A program made the translations under genes and the position numbers. A model generated the notes under the pieces. It worked only from the letters and a program-made list of their open reading frames with translations, made no database searches and was not told where the DNA came from. This document shows, piece by piece, positions 10,413 through 19,082 of a stretch of 64,000 nt of DNA (positions are counted from its first letter, which is position 1; each line of letters starts with the position of its first letter). Origin of the DNA: Phycisphaerales bacterium (GTDB lineage Bacteria; Planctomycetota; Phycisphaerae; Sedimentisphaerales; UBA12454); the NCBI GenBank assembly GCA_003142595.1, contig PLMU01000010.1:98412-162411 (forward strand), written 5' to 3'.

Positions 10413-11285
10413 TTAAACGTTCAGGCCGTAATCTTTCAGCAGTTTGCGCAGCGTTTCTTTCTGCGAATCTTCCAGCGGCGTCATCGGCAGACGCATTTCC
10501 TCCGAAGACATACCGAGCATCGCCATCGCGGCTTTGATAGGTATCGGATTTGTAGCCATACTCAACATCGTTTTCGACAGTTTGAACAGTTTGTTATGCC
10601 ATTTCCTGGCCGAGACGAAATCTCCTTCGAGAATCAAATCGGTCATCTCTTTCACATCGCCCGGCACAATGTTTGCCATAACACTGATAACGCCTTTTCC
10701 GCCGACCGAACAAATCGGCAGCGTCAGCGAATCGTCGCCGGACAGAATTGTTATATCGCAGAGGTTGGCAATCTCGCTTGAAAAATCCAATTGACCTGTC
10801 GACTCTTTTACCGCGACGATATTTTCAATTTTCGAAAGCCTGGCTATAGTTTGCGGCGTCATTCCGGCTCCGCATCTGCCGGGAATATTATAGAGCACTA
10901 TCGGCAAATCGACTTCCTCTGCAATCGCCGAAAAGTGCTGGAAGAAACCTTCCTGTGTCGGTTTGTTGTAGTAGGGCGTTACCTGCAGAGAAGCGTCAGC
11001 TCCGACTTTTTTCGCAAATGCAGTAAGCTCAATCGCCTCGGCAGTGCTGTTTGAGCCGGTGCCTGCGATTACAGGTACTTTGCCGCCGACGGTTTTTACG
11101 ACGCGTTCGATAACCTGTTTATGTTCAGTATGACTGAGCGTTGGCGATTCGCCTGTTGTGCCGCAGGGGACTATGCCGTCGGTTCCGCTTTTAAGATGAA
11201 ACTGCACGAGCTCATCGAGCGTCCTAAAATCGACTTCGCCGTTATTAAACGGCGTTATTAAAGCTACCATTGCTCCGCTATACAT
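10413..11285 (-). CDS. dapA: 4-hydroxy-tetrahydrodipicolinate synthase
   Basis: ALITPF...GTDGIVPCGTTGESPTLSHTEH...YNKP...YNIPGR are classical DapA motifs; 290 aa. Confidence 0.92.
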   Translation of the reverse strand: MYSGAMVALITPFNNGEVDFRTLDELVQFHLKSGTDGIVPCGTTGESPTLSHTEHKQVIERVVKTVGGKVPVIAGTGSNSTAEAIELTAFAKKVGADASLQVTPYYNKPTQEGFFQHFSAIAEEVDLPIVLYNIPGRCGAGMTPQTIARLSKIENIVAVKESTGQLDFSSEIANLCDITILSGDDSLTLPICSVGGKGVISVMANIVPGDVKEMTDLILEGDFVSARKWHNKLFKLSKTMLSMATNPIPIKAAMAMLGMSSEEMRLPMTPLEDSQKETLRKLLKDYGLNV

Positions 11286-11303
11286 TTTTAACTCCTGTAT
11301 ATA

Positions 11304-12062
11304 CTATTTAATTGATTCCAAAATTTTACAATACGCCTTAACAGCGTTGGCCAATCCCATATCAATCGCATCTGAAATCAAGGCGTGTCCGATAGAGACT
11401 TCCATTACAGGCTTCACATTCTCGCAGAAAAACGCCAGATTATCAAGGTTTAAATCGTGCCCTGCGTTTACGCCAAGGCCGATCTCATCGGCTCTTTTTG
11501 CGGCAGCAGCGAATTTGGCGGTAAGAGCTTCGAGATTTTTTTTCTTTGCAAAAGCCCTTGCGAAAGGCTCGGTATAAAGTTCGATGCGGTCTGCTCCGAT
11601 TTGCTTTGCCTTTTCCACCGTTTCAATCACAGGGTCAACGAAAAGACTTACCCTTATTCCAAGGTTCTTTAGTTTGTCTATTATGGGCGTAAGTTTCCTT
11701 ATATTTTCTTTATTTAAATCCCAGCCGTGGTCGGAAGTTACCGCGCCGATTACATCCGGCACGAGAGTCGCCTGCGTCGGTTTGATATCAGGCATTATTT
11801 CCATATACCTGCCTTCGAGCGGATTGCCTTCGATGTTGAACTCAACTTTGGCGCCGTTAGGCGTACTGCGTATGACGATTGGTTTGAGTTCGTAAACATC
11901 GGAGTATCTTATATGCCGTTCATCCGGCCGGGGATGGACGGTTATTCCATACGCGCCAGCCGCGATGCAGGTTCTTGCCGCCTTTGTAACGCTCGGTATT
12001 CCCAGCGAGCGGGCATTGCGAACAAGGGCGATTTTATTAAGGTTTACGCTTAAATGTGTCAT
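11304..12062 (-). CDS. pdxJ: Pyridoxine 5'-phosphate synthase
   Basis: LSVNLNKIALVRNAR...GITVHPRPDERHI...IELYT...NAGHDLN are PdxJ signature blocks; 252 aa. Confidence 0.92.
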   Translation of the reverse strand: MTHLSVNLNKIALVRNARSLGIPSVTKAARTCIAAGAYGITVHPRPDERHIRYSDVYELKPIVIRSTPNGAKVEFNIEGNPLEGRYMEIMPDIKPTQATLVPDVIGAVTSDHGWDLNKENIRKLTPIIDKLKNLGIRVSLFVDPVIETVEKAKQIGADRIELYTEPFARAFAKKKNLEALTAKFAAAAKRADEIGLGVNAGHDLNLDNLAFFCENVKPVMEVSIGHALISDAIDMGLANAVKAYCKILESIK

Positions 12063-12257
12063 ATTTCGGATTATACTCGACCTGTTTTACTCATCAAGCG
12101 AAAAACCCACTTATACGAGGAGATCGACGTTTCGTCTTTCATAACGACTTCACCTGCCATATATTACGCTTTATCTGACTTAGATCACGCTTACTTTACC
12201 ACGGAGCAATTGCATCGGGAAAATCTTAAAAAATTTCAAATAATCATAAATTTTTGC

Positions 12258-12286
12258 TTGACATTATGGGGGGCGAATGGGACAAT
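12258..12286 (+). promoter_or_regulatory. Putative sigma-70 promoter (TTGACA-17 nt-GACAAT) giving a ~245-nt leader
   Basis: TTGACA at 12258-12263, a 17-nt spacer, and GACAAT at 12281-12286. It is the only good -35 in the 470-bp gap ahead of the PEP-CTERM gene. Confidence 0.35.
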
Positions 12287-12531
12287 CTGAGAAAGTCCGA
12301 GTAAGACCATAGGTTTGCTAGGAAATATAAATCCGCTCAAGGTTAGTCGAGGCTAAAAGGCGTATATCTGGACTTGGAAAAAAGAAGAAGCAAGGTGAGA
12401 GTGATGAGAAGTAAGGAAAGAAAACGTTGGTTTTGTACTCATAGTCAAAATGAGTATTTCGCTTTTATTTCCCTCAACATCAGCCCTCATTGCTTAAAAT
12501 CTATGTTGTTTAAATTTTTGGAGGGAAGAGT

Positions 12532-13317
12532 ATGAAAAAGTTAGTAACAATTTGTGCAGTAGCAGTAACTATTTTAGCAATTAGCAGTGCGGCGCAGGCC
12601 ATCATCTCAGGCATCGGTACCCCCACCAGCTCCTTCGCCAGTATCAATTTCGATGACACCACTTCGTTGAACCCTTCAGCAGTGCCCGGCATCACAAATT
12701 ATACTACCAGCGCGAGCACGTGGAACGGATCGGCCCTCACCATGCTAACGCAGACCGATGGCACCACGCTCGACCAAGCCAAGGGCGAACTCCGCGGGGA
12801 CATCTTCACTCCGACGAGCTATACCGTCAGTTTGAACAGCGTCACGCTCACCCAGTCAGCCGGAAACACCGGCTATGCCCACCTTAATCTCAGTTTCAAC
12901 ATCCAGTACCTGTTGGATAGTGGTGGGCTGGCCAGCCAGGCCACGCTCTTCCCGACCTTCGCCGTGAATGGCACCGTCCAGCCCGGAGGCATAGGCTCCA
13001 GCTTCGGCGGCAACATCCAATACTGGGGCATGGACTCCAGCTATAACCCATATTTGCTTGATACCGTGACTTACACCCCCGCCATCTGGACCACGCCTGG
13101 CCCCTTCAACAGCACCATCTCTGGCGTATCGGCCAACATCTTTACACCTCTGCTGCCGGGCACGGTGGGAGGGAATATTTCCACGCTTACCCTGATCGGC
13201 AACTTCAGCTTCATGGTGGACCCTGCCACGATAAGCCTCGAAACCATTCCCGAACCGGCAACAATGGCGTTGCTTGGTTTAGGCGTCTTGGGTTTGCTAA
13301 AAAAACGCAGGGCATAA
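12532..13317 (+). CDS. PEP-CTERM sorting-domain secreted protein
   Basis: Signal peptide MKKLVTICAVAVTILAISSAAQA. C-terminal IPEPATMALLGLGVLGLLKKRRA (PEP motif + TM + basic tail). GGAGG RBS ahead of the ATG. Much more C/G-ending codon use than its neighbours. Confidence 0.8.
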   Translation: MKKLVTICAVAVTILAISSAAQAIISGIGTPTSSFASINFDDTTSLNPSAVPGITNYTTSASTWNGSALTMLTQTDGTTLDQAKGELRGDIFTPTSYTVSLNSVTLTQSAGNTGYAHLNLSFNIQYLLDSGGLASQATLFPTFAVNGTVQPGGIGSSFGGNIQYWGMDSSYNPYLLDTVTYTPAIWTTPGPFNSTISGVSANIFTPLLPGTVGGNISTLTLIGNFSFMVDPATISLETIPEPATMALLGLGVLGLLKKRRA

Positions 13318-13353
13318 ACACAAAAATAAAACTTTAACGCAATTACAAATCAA

Positions 13354-13387
13354 AGGGCTGTGTTCAAAAAACACGGCCCTTTTTTTA
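13354..13387 (+). terminator. Rho-independent terminator
   Basis: AGGGCTGTGT / ACACGGCCCT stem (one G-U pair) with a short A-rich loop, followed by TTTTTTT. Confidence 0.7.
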
Positions 13388-13456
13388 TTATTTCATTTTC
13401 TTTAATCAGTGATTTATTGATAATCGCCAGATTTGATTTAAGAACGCTATCATGTT

Positions 13457-14170
13457 TTATGCGAGAGATTTTATAAATTGAACTGCCTGTTTAGTAAAAG
13501 CGCCGTCAACCCATCGCGTTGGGCTGCGTTGAATGCTTAGTTTCCCCCCAAAATTCCCAAAGATTTTTCGCATTTCAGGTGACAAAATCTTTAAAGGTTT
13601 GCCTGCTCGGTCCTGCCCCATCGTGCTGATTAAAACCGCTTTACTCAACATGTGGCTGTTACGAGAACCCTTGACCAAAACAAGATTATTTTTTTGTTGC
13701 TCGTATATGCTTCTATGACGCACATGGAAATTATCGCCAAATAATTCCTGTATTTGAACAGGCGTAAATCCACTCGCGTATCCAGCAGCAGAGATTTCAA
13801 AATACCCCATTAGATATAATGCTGGTTCAGACTTGTAATCCCATCCTTCCAAACCACAATAGAAAATCAAATAATCGCCTTGTTGCAAATGTCGCAAACC
13901 AGCTTTAGGCGAGGTCGGGTCCCCATATGTGAAAGTGACAAATTCCGGGTCAAAGTGTATGGATTGATTGGTTACTTTAGCCTTGCGGGTTTCTGGAAAA
14001 TAATCTACCAGCTTTTTGCCATGTTTGCCTGTTGTGTTGCCATAAGTGCGTTCATCTTTTCTAAGGCCGTCAGGTATCGGGATGTACTCAAATGTACCAT
14101 CCTGAAATAATGGCCCGTGTATGCCTCCTGAACCGGTATCAATTCCTATTCTGACCAATGCGACTTTCAT
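13457..14170 (-). CDS. Uncharacterised protein, second gene of the coupled pair; resembles Nmad3-type 'nucleotide modification associated' proteins (from memory, unverified)
   Basis: 237 aa with no signal peptide or TM. N-terminus MKVALVRIGIDTGSGGIHGPLFQDGTFEYIPIPD, then HFDPE, QQGDYLIFYCGLEGW, and PALYLMGYFEI. Its start lies 3 nt after the stop of the upstream gene. Confidence 0.55.
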   Translation of the reverse strand: MKVALVRIGIDTGSGGIHGPLFQDGTFEYIPIPDGLRKDERTYGNTTGKHGKKLVDYFPETRKAKVTNQSIHFDPEFVTFTYGDPTSPKAGLRHLQQGDYLIFYCGLEGWDYKSEPALYLMGYFEISAAGYASGFTPVQIQELFGDNFHVRHRSIYEQQKNNLVLVKGSRNSHMLSKAVLISTMGQDRAGKPLKILSPEMRKIFGNFGGKLSIQRSPTRWVDGAFTKQAVQFIKSLA

Positions 14171-14173
14171 AAT

Positions 14174-14911
14174 TTATCTTTCTTCCAGAATCGAATAGAG
14201 CAATAAATTGAGATCATATTTCCTTTGTCCGCGATGAAGTGGACACGAATGAAACAATTTCGGTTCATCCCACAGGAAGCTGTATTGCGTGTCCCCTATT
14301 AATAGTGCCGCCTTACGACCACTTACACCCTTTTCATAATTTATATCCTTATGCCAATTGTTTGGATTCTTTGGATTGGCGTGAACATGATTCTGAATAG
14401 GCGGTCGGTAGTTATGAGGATTAAAGACATTTTTGTTAATCAGCTTGCTCTTAGGTTTAAATATGTCTCCAAACTTATCTTTATGGGCTAATTTGGCCTT
14501 TTTTACGGCATCAGGCAAATTCTCGGAAAACCAAAGGTCGCAATAAGATTTGAAAGCAATTTTGACTTTCATGAGATAAATTAAAGCGTTTTTTCCTTTT
14601 CCTTCCTTTTTTCCAGTAAATCCTGCAATCCAAATATTATCGCACCACTTATCTATAGTCCGAAATGTACGCATATAATGTTTACACGTGCAAAGCGATA
14701 TAACATCGCCTTGAAAGTTAGGGGCACTTCCTTTTTGAACGAAATCGCCTTCATGATTTTTGACAGTATCAACGATGTAACTATACACAGTTGCCGGAGT
14801 TTTACCTATCTTTCGTCGCAAGTCCTTAAGCGAGAGTTTTAGGTTTTTTGCCAGGCGCCCAGTTTGAGGAAAGGGCTGGTGGGAAAAGTCGGATATACAA
14901 CTCATGGTCAA
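14174..14911 (-). CDS. Uncharacterised protein, first gene of the coupled pair; resembles Nmad2-type 'nucleotide modification associated' proteins (from memory, unverified)
   Basis: 245 aa. VYSYIVD...GSAPNFQGDVISLCTCKHYMR...IWIAGFTGKK...ALIYLMKVKI...FGDIFKPK...HVH...AALLIGDTQYSFLWDEP. A Cys-x-Cys-x-His cluster is present. AAAGGAA RBS ahead of the ATG. Confidence 0.55.
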   Translation of the reverse strand: MTMSCISDFSHQPFPQTGRLAKNLKLSLKDLRRKIGKTPATVYSYIVDTVKNHEGDFVQKGSAPNFQGDVISLCTCKHYMRTFRTIDKWCDNIWIAGFTGKKEGKGKNALIYLMKVKIAFKSYCDLWFSENLPDAVKKAKLAHKDKFGDIFKPKSKLINKNVFNPHNYRPPIQNHVHANPKNPNNWHKDINYEKGVSGRKAALLIGDTQYSFLWDEPKLFHSCPLHRGQRKYDLNLLLYSILEER

Positions 14912-14941
14912 ATTCCTTTTGATAAAAGGCGTCTAACAATG

Positions 14942-14973
14942 ATTATACAATCTGTATAAAACGCCAAATACAG
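14942..14973 (-). promoter_or_regulatory. Putative -10 element overlapped by nested palindromes (operator-like) upstream of the two-gene cassette
   Basis: Minus-strand TATAAT corresponds to plus 14942-14947. TTATACA-ATC-TGTATAA is a perfect 7-bp inverted repeat (14943-14959). CTGTAT-N10-ATACAG spans 14952-14973. No convincing -35 was found. Confidence 0.35.
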
Positions 14974-15153
14974 ACTGTTTCTGCCAGTATAACAAGTTCC
15001 TGTTGCAATTCCTCGTTGCTTCGCCAAAATTATATCTCTTTTTATTTTCAAACTCAACTGATTTTATATACTTAAATATATCCGCGAAAATCCACGTAAT
15101 CCGCGGTTAAAAAACCTTTTAATTGCCTCAAATTGCGGTTAATATATATAAAG

Positions 15154-15897
15154 ATGAATATTAAAGGCAGAACAGCGATAATCACCGGCGCAACCGGCAA
15201 ACTTACGAGCCAAATCGTTCTTTCGATGGCAAAGGCAGGCGCAAACTGCATCTGCATATATAACAGCAATACCGAAAAGGCGAAAAAACTTGCCGCTGAC
15301 TTGCGAAAGCTTAAAACAAAGATACTTTTCCTCCAGGCCGACCTTACGACAGAAGAAAACATCGAAAAAGTATTTGCTGAAATTGAAAAATTTGCGAAAC
15401 CACAAATTTTAATCAACGCCGCTTCGGTTTTTGAAAAAAAACCTATCGAAAATGTGACTTTCGAATATATCAGACAAACCTTCGATATAAATTTTGCCGC
15501 GTCGATGATAATTACACAAAAATTTGTCGAACTTGTCCGGCGAAAAGTAAAAGGCAAACAAAAACCTGTCGCAAAGATTATAAACATTACTGATATAACT
15601 GCTTTAAGGCCGCCGGCCGGATTCAGTATTTACTGTGCTTCCAAAGCGGCTCTTGTCAGTGCGACAAAATCATTGGCCAAAGAATTGGCTCCCGATTTTA
15701 CAGTTAATGCTGTTTCGCCGGGTATAATAAGTTGGCAAAAAGGTATAACTGCCGAACAGAAGGAAAAAATGCTTGCGCAGGTTCCCGCCGGCCGCGCAGG
15801 AGCGCCCGATGAGGTTGCCGACGCGGTGAAATTTCTTATCGAGAACGACTATGTCACAGGACAGGTAATCGACGTTGACGGGGGCCGCGGCTTATGA
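15154..15897 (+). CDS. Short-chain dehydrogenase/reductase (SDR) family oxidoreductase
   Basis: TGATGKLTS (Gly-rich NAD(P) motif), NAAS, and YCASKAAL (YxxxK active site). I chose ATG at 15154 (MNIKGRTAIITGA) rather than the upstream TTG listed in the ORF track. Confidence 0.85.
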   Translation: MNIKGRTAIITGATGKLTSQIVLSMAKAGANCICIYNSNTEKAKKLAADLRKLKTKILFLQADLTTEENIEKVFAEIEKFAKPQILINAASVFEKKPIENVTFEYIRQTFDINFAASMIITQKFVELVRRKVKGKQKPVAKIINITDITALRPPAGFSIYCASKAALVSATKSLAKELAPDFTVNAVSPGIISWQKGITAEQKEKMLAQVPAGRAGAPDEVADAVKFLIENDYVTGQVIDVDGGRGL

Positions 15898-16496
15898 CAC
15901 TAAATTCCGCTAACAGGATAACGATTTTGCGCATTCTACTGATTATTCCTTTTGTTATCTGTATGCTCAAGGACAACGACCCTTCGTGGGGCAAGACTTT
16001 GAGATATGTCGCTCTGGTGCTGTTTTTTGTTATGGCGTTCAGCGACGCTTACGACGGCTATGTCGCAAGAAAGAAAAAGCAGGTAACAAAACTCGGTTCT
16101 TTTCTGGACCCGATGGCAGACAAACTTTTAATGGCCTGTGCCTGCGTGCTGCTGTCAATTGAAAAAACCGATGTGCACGGCTTTCAGCTTCCGCCGACCG
16201 TTGTTGTTCTTATTATCGGTAAAGATATGTTTTTACTGCTCGGTTTTTTGATACTTTATTTCCTGACCCTTCAGGTAAAAATTTTTCCAGCTTACATAGG
16301 AAGAATCGCTACGGTTTTGCAGCTATCGATGGTTGCCGCGATTTTGATGGCCCCTGAAGTCTCGAAAGCCTTGCCCGGCTGGATATGGTTTGTAAAATTC
16401 CTTTGGTGGTCATCGGCCGCAACAGCAATTATTGCAACGCTTATTTACATTCGAGCCGGAACAAGATATATTGAACAGTTTGAGAATAACAAATAG
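15894..16496 (+). CDS. pgsA: CDP-alcohol phosphatidyltransferase (CDP-diacylglycerol--glycerol-3-phosphate 3-phosphatidyltransferase-like)
   Basis: DAYDGYVARKKKQVTKLGSFLDPMADKL matches D-G-x2-A-R-x8-G-x3-D-x3-D. Multi-TM. Its ATGA overlaps the SDR stop. Confidence 0.8.
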   Translation: MTLNSANRITILRILLIIPFVICMLKDNDPSWGKTLRYVALVLFFVMAFSDAYDGYVARKKKQVTKLGSFLDPMADKLLMACACVLLSIEKTDVHGFQLPPTVVVLIIGKDMFLLLGFLILYFLTLQVKIFPAYIGRIATVLQLSMVAAILMAPEVSKALPGWIWFVKFLWWSSAATAIIATLIYIRAGTRYIEQFENNK

Positions 16497-16506
16497 ACGG
16501 AAAATC

Positions 16507-17745
16507 ATGACAAAATTCAGCGAAATTCTGGAAATACTCGACGACCTCAAAAAAGGCAAAATGATTGTCCTTGTCGATGATGAAGACAGGGAGAATGAGG
16601 GTGATTTAGTATGCGCAGCCGAGATTGTTACGCCTGAAATCATAAATTTTATGGCGACGCACGGCAGGGGGTTAATTTGTCTGCCTTTGACAAGTGAAAA
16701 ATGCGATTCGCTGAATCTTCATCCGCAGACGAGCGAAAACACCGCCAGACTCGGCACTGCGTTTACCGTCAGTATCGACGCCGCGCAGAATATCACGACC
16801 GGTATTAGCGCAGCCGACCGCGCTCATACAATCAAAACTGTAATCGCCGATAATGTAAAGCCGTCCGACCTTGTTCGGCCCGGACATATCTTTCCGCTGC
16901 ACGCCCAGGCCGGCGGCGTTCTGACCCGCGCAGGCCAGACCGAAGGCGCAGTCGATTTAATGAGGCTTGCGGGAATGAAACCGGCAGGGGTTATCTGCGA
17001 AATTATGAACGAAGACGGCACAATGGCCCGCGTTCCGCAGCTTCTGGAATTCTGCGATAAGCATAATTTTAAAATCACTACCATCGCCAAGCTCATCGAG
17101 TATCGTCTGCAGCGAGAAAGCCAGGTAAAGCGAATACAATCCGTTTTTCTGCCGACCGATTACGGCGAGTTTCAACTTATCGCCTATAAATGCATTACCG
17201 ACGCCGAACCGCATCTTGCCCTGTGCAAAGGCGATATCGGCAAGCTCGACGAAAAAGGAAATCCCGTTGTTACAACCGAGCCTGTGCTCGTTCGCGTTCA
17301 TTCCGAATGTCTTACCGGCGATTTGTTCCATTCGCAAAGATGCGAGTGCGGCTATCAACTCGTTGCCGCGATGCAAATGATTGAAAAAGCCGGCCGCGGC
17401 GCGGTAATTTACCTGCGCCAGGAAGGCAGGGGCATCGGACTTGCAAACAAACTTCACGCTTACAAGCTCCAGGAGCAGGGACTTGACACCGTAGATGCCA
17501 ATCTTAAGCTCGGCTTCCGCGCCGACCGCCGCGATTACGGTATAGGAGCTCAGATAATTCGAGACCTGGGCCTTAAACAGATTAAAATTTTGACGAATAA
17601 CCCGAAGAAAATTTCACGCCTCGAAGTTTATGGAATCAAAATTGTCGAACAGGTGCCGTTAATCGCACCGGTCGGCCCGTATAATAAAAGTTATCTCAAG
17701 ACCAAAAAATATCGGCTCGGTCACAAACTTAATGAGGATTTATGA
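16507..17745 (+). CDS. ribBA: Bifunctional 3,4-dihydroxy-2-butanone-4-phosphate synthase / GTP cyclohydrolase II
   Basis: DDEDRENEGDLV, and TVSIDA (RibB half). VRVHSECLTGDLFHSQRCECG and GRGIGLANKL (RibA half). Start placed at ATG 16507 (MTKFSEILE). Confidence 0.92.
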   Translation: MTKFSEILEILDDLKKGKMIVLVDDEDRENEGDLVCAAEIVTPEIINFMATHGRGLICLPLTSEKCDSLNLHPQTSENTARLGTAFTVSIDAAQNITTGISAADRAHTIKTVIADNVKPSDLVRPGHIFPLHAQAGGVLTRAGQTEGAVDLMRLAGMKPAGVICEIMNEDGTMARVPQLLEFCDKHNFKITTIAKLIEYRLQRESQVKRIQSVFLPTDYGEFQLIAYKCITDAEPHLALCKGDIGKLDEKGNPVVTTEPVLVRVHSECLTGDLFHSQRCECGYQLVAAMQMIEKAGRGAVIYLRQEGRGIGLANKLHAYKLQEQGLDTVDANLKLGFRADRRDYGIGAQIIRDLGLKQIKILTNNPKKISRLEVYGIKIVEQVPLIAPVGPYNKSYLKTKKYRLGHKLNEDL

Positions 17746-18227
17746 TGCGATTTATAATTTCACTTTTAACTGTCATTTCAATATTGCCTTTTATCGGCTG
17801 CGAACAGATTCAGAACCAGCCTTCGGACGCTTATTCGGGAAAATTTCAGAGGACCTGCCTTTTCTCTCCGGAAAAGATTCAGTTTAATCAACTTACCGAA
17901 TCCACTAAGCCCGGCCAGATTACAGCTTATATTGACGTATTCGACCAGTTTGGCTCCCGTATCAAGGCCGCCGGCGTCTGGCGGTTTGAGCTTTTCGGAT
18001 ATGTTCCGCGTTCCGCCGACCCGATGGGCTCAAGAGTTAATCTCTGGTCCGACATCGAATTGACCGATCCTGTAATAAATAACAATGCCTGGCAGGAGTA
18101 TCTCCATTGCTACAAATTTGATTTGGATATCGATACCGACCTGGCCGGCAAAACTTATATCCTTCAGGCCGTCTGTTTCACCGCCGATGGCCGCCGTCTG
18201 TCCGATACATTTGAGTTGAAACATTAA
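17742..18227 (+). CDS. Hypothetical lipoprotein
   Basis: The lipobox-like LPFIGC follows a hydrophobic N-terminus. ATGA overlaps the ribBA stop. No recognisable domain. Confidence 0.5.
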   Translation: MMRFIISLLTVISILPFIGCEQIQNQPSDAYSGKFQRTCLFSPEKIQFNQLTESTKPGQITAYIDVFDQFGSRIKAAGVWRFELFGYVPRSADPMGSRVNLWSDIELTDPVINNNAWQEYLHCYKFDLDIDTDLAGKTYILQAVCFTADGRRLSDTFELKH

Positions 18228-18241
18228 TCGAAAGAAATGTT

Positions 18242-19048
18242 ATGCGGGGAGGAAAAATTATCGATTTTCATACTCACGCGTTCAGCGACGACTTGGCCCC
18301 AAAGGCGATGAAGGCCCTTACAGAGCAGCATCCTGAAATTCCGTATTTTCTCGACGGCACAGTTTCTTCGCTCTTAAAATCAATGGATGCAGCAGGCATA
18401 GAAAAGAGCGTTATCTGCTCAATTGCCACAAAGCCCAAGCAGTTCCAGCCGATTCTCGACTGGTCGCTTCAGATTCAATCCGACCGGATTGTTCCTTTCG
18501 CTTCCGTTCATCCTGCCGACCCCGAAAGAGACGAACATATAAAACAGGTCAAACAGGCAGGCTTTAAAGGCCTTAAGATGCATCCATATTATCAGGAGTT
18601 TTATCTCGATGATGATTCGATGTTCGGATATTACGAACAGGTTTGTAAATATGATTTGATTCTCGTTATGCACACCGGCTTTGATATCGCCTTTGAGCGA
18701 GTCAGAAGGGCTGACCCTGCAAGAATTGTAAACGTAATGAAAAGATTACCAGAGCTAAAATTGATTACTACACATCTCGGCGCTTGGCAGCAATGGGACG
18801 AGGTTGGAAGTCAGATAGTCGGCAAAAATATTTATATGGAGATTTCTTTTGCGCTGGATTATCTGCCGCCCGACAAGGCAAAACAGCTTTTCGAAAAACA
18901 TCCCGCCGATTTTTTGCTCTTCGGCACAGACAGTCCCTGGCGAGACCAGCAGGAATCGCTTAATTTGCTCAGGAAATTAAACCTCGATTCAGCAAGAATG
19001 GAAAAAATCCTCTACTCCAATGCCCAAAGACTTTTAGATGTCGTTTAG
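18242..19048 (+). CDS. Amidohydrolase-family (TIM-barrel metal-dependent hydrolase) protein
   Basis: IDFHTHAF at the N-terminus, HP...H mid-protein, and the FGTDSPW acid motif fit the Amidohydro_2-like pattern. Confidence 0.7.
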   Translation: MRGGKIIDFHTHAFSDDLAPKAMKALTEQHPEIPYFLDGTVSSLLKSMDAAGIEKSVICSIATKPKQFQPILDWSLQIQSDRIVPFASVHPADPERDEHIKQVKQAGFKGLKMHPYYQEFYLDDDSMFGYYEQVCKYDLILVMHTGFDIAFERVRRADPARIVNVMKRLPELKLITTHLGAWQQWDEVGSQIVGKNIYMEISFALDYLPPDKAKQLFEKHPADFLLFGTDSPWRDQQESLNLLRKLNLDSARMEKILYSNAQRLLDVV

Positions 19049-19082
19049 GTTTTATCTTATAAGTCCCTTTATTTTCAGGGAG

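Noticed and set aside
12054-12290. 78-aa plus-strand ORF in the pdxJ/PEP-CTERM gap
   Set aside because: It starts within the pdxJ start region, has no RBS, and runs across the predicted promoter. Its composition is unremarkable, so it is probably non-coding.
15072-15587. 171-aa ORF antisense to the SDR gene
   Set aside because: The plus-strand SDR has TGxxGxxG and YxxxK motifs. The antisense ORF is Phe/Ile-rich, a product of the AT-rich complement.
16432-16506. Upstream start for ribBA overlapping the pgsA 3' end
   Set aside because: The RibB domain begins after Met at 16507. The extension would overlap pgsA by 65 nt and adds no conserved sequence.
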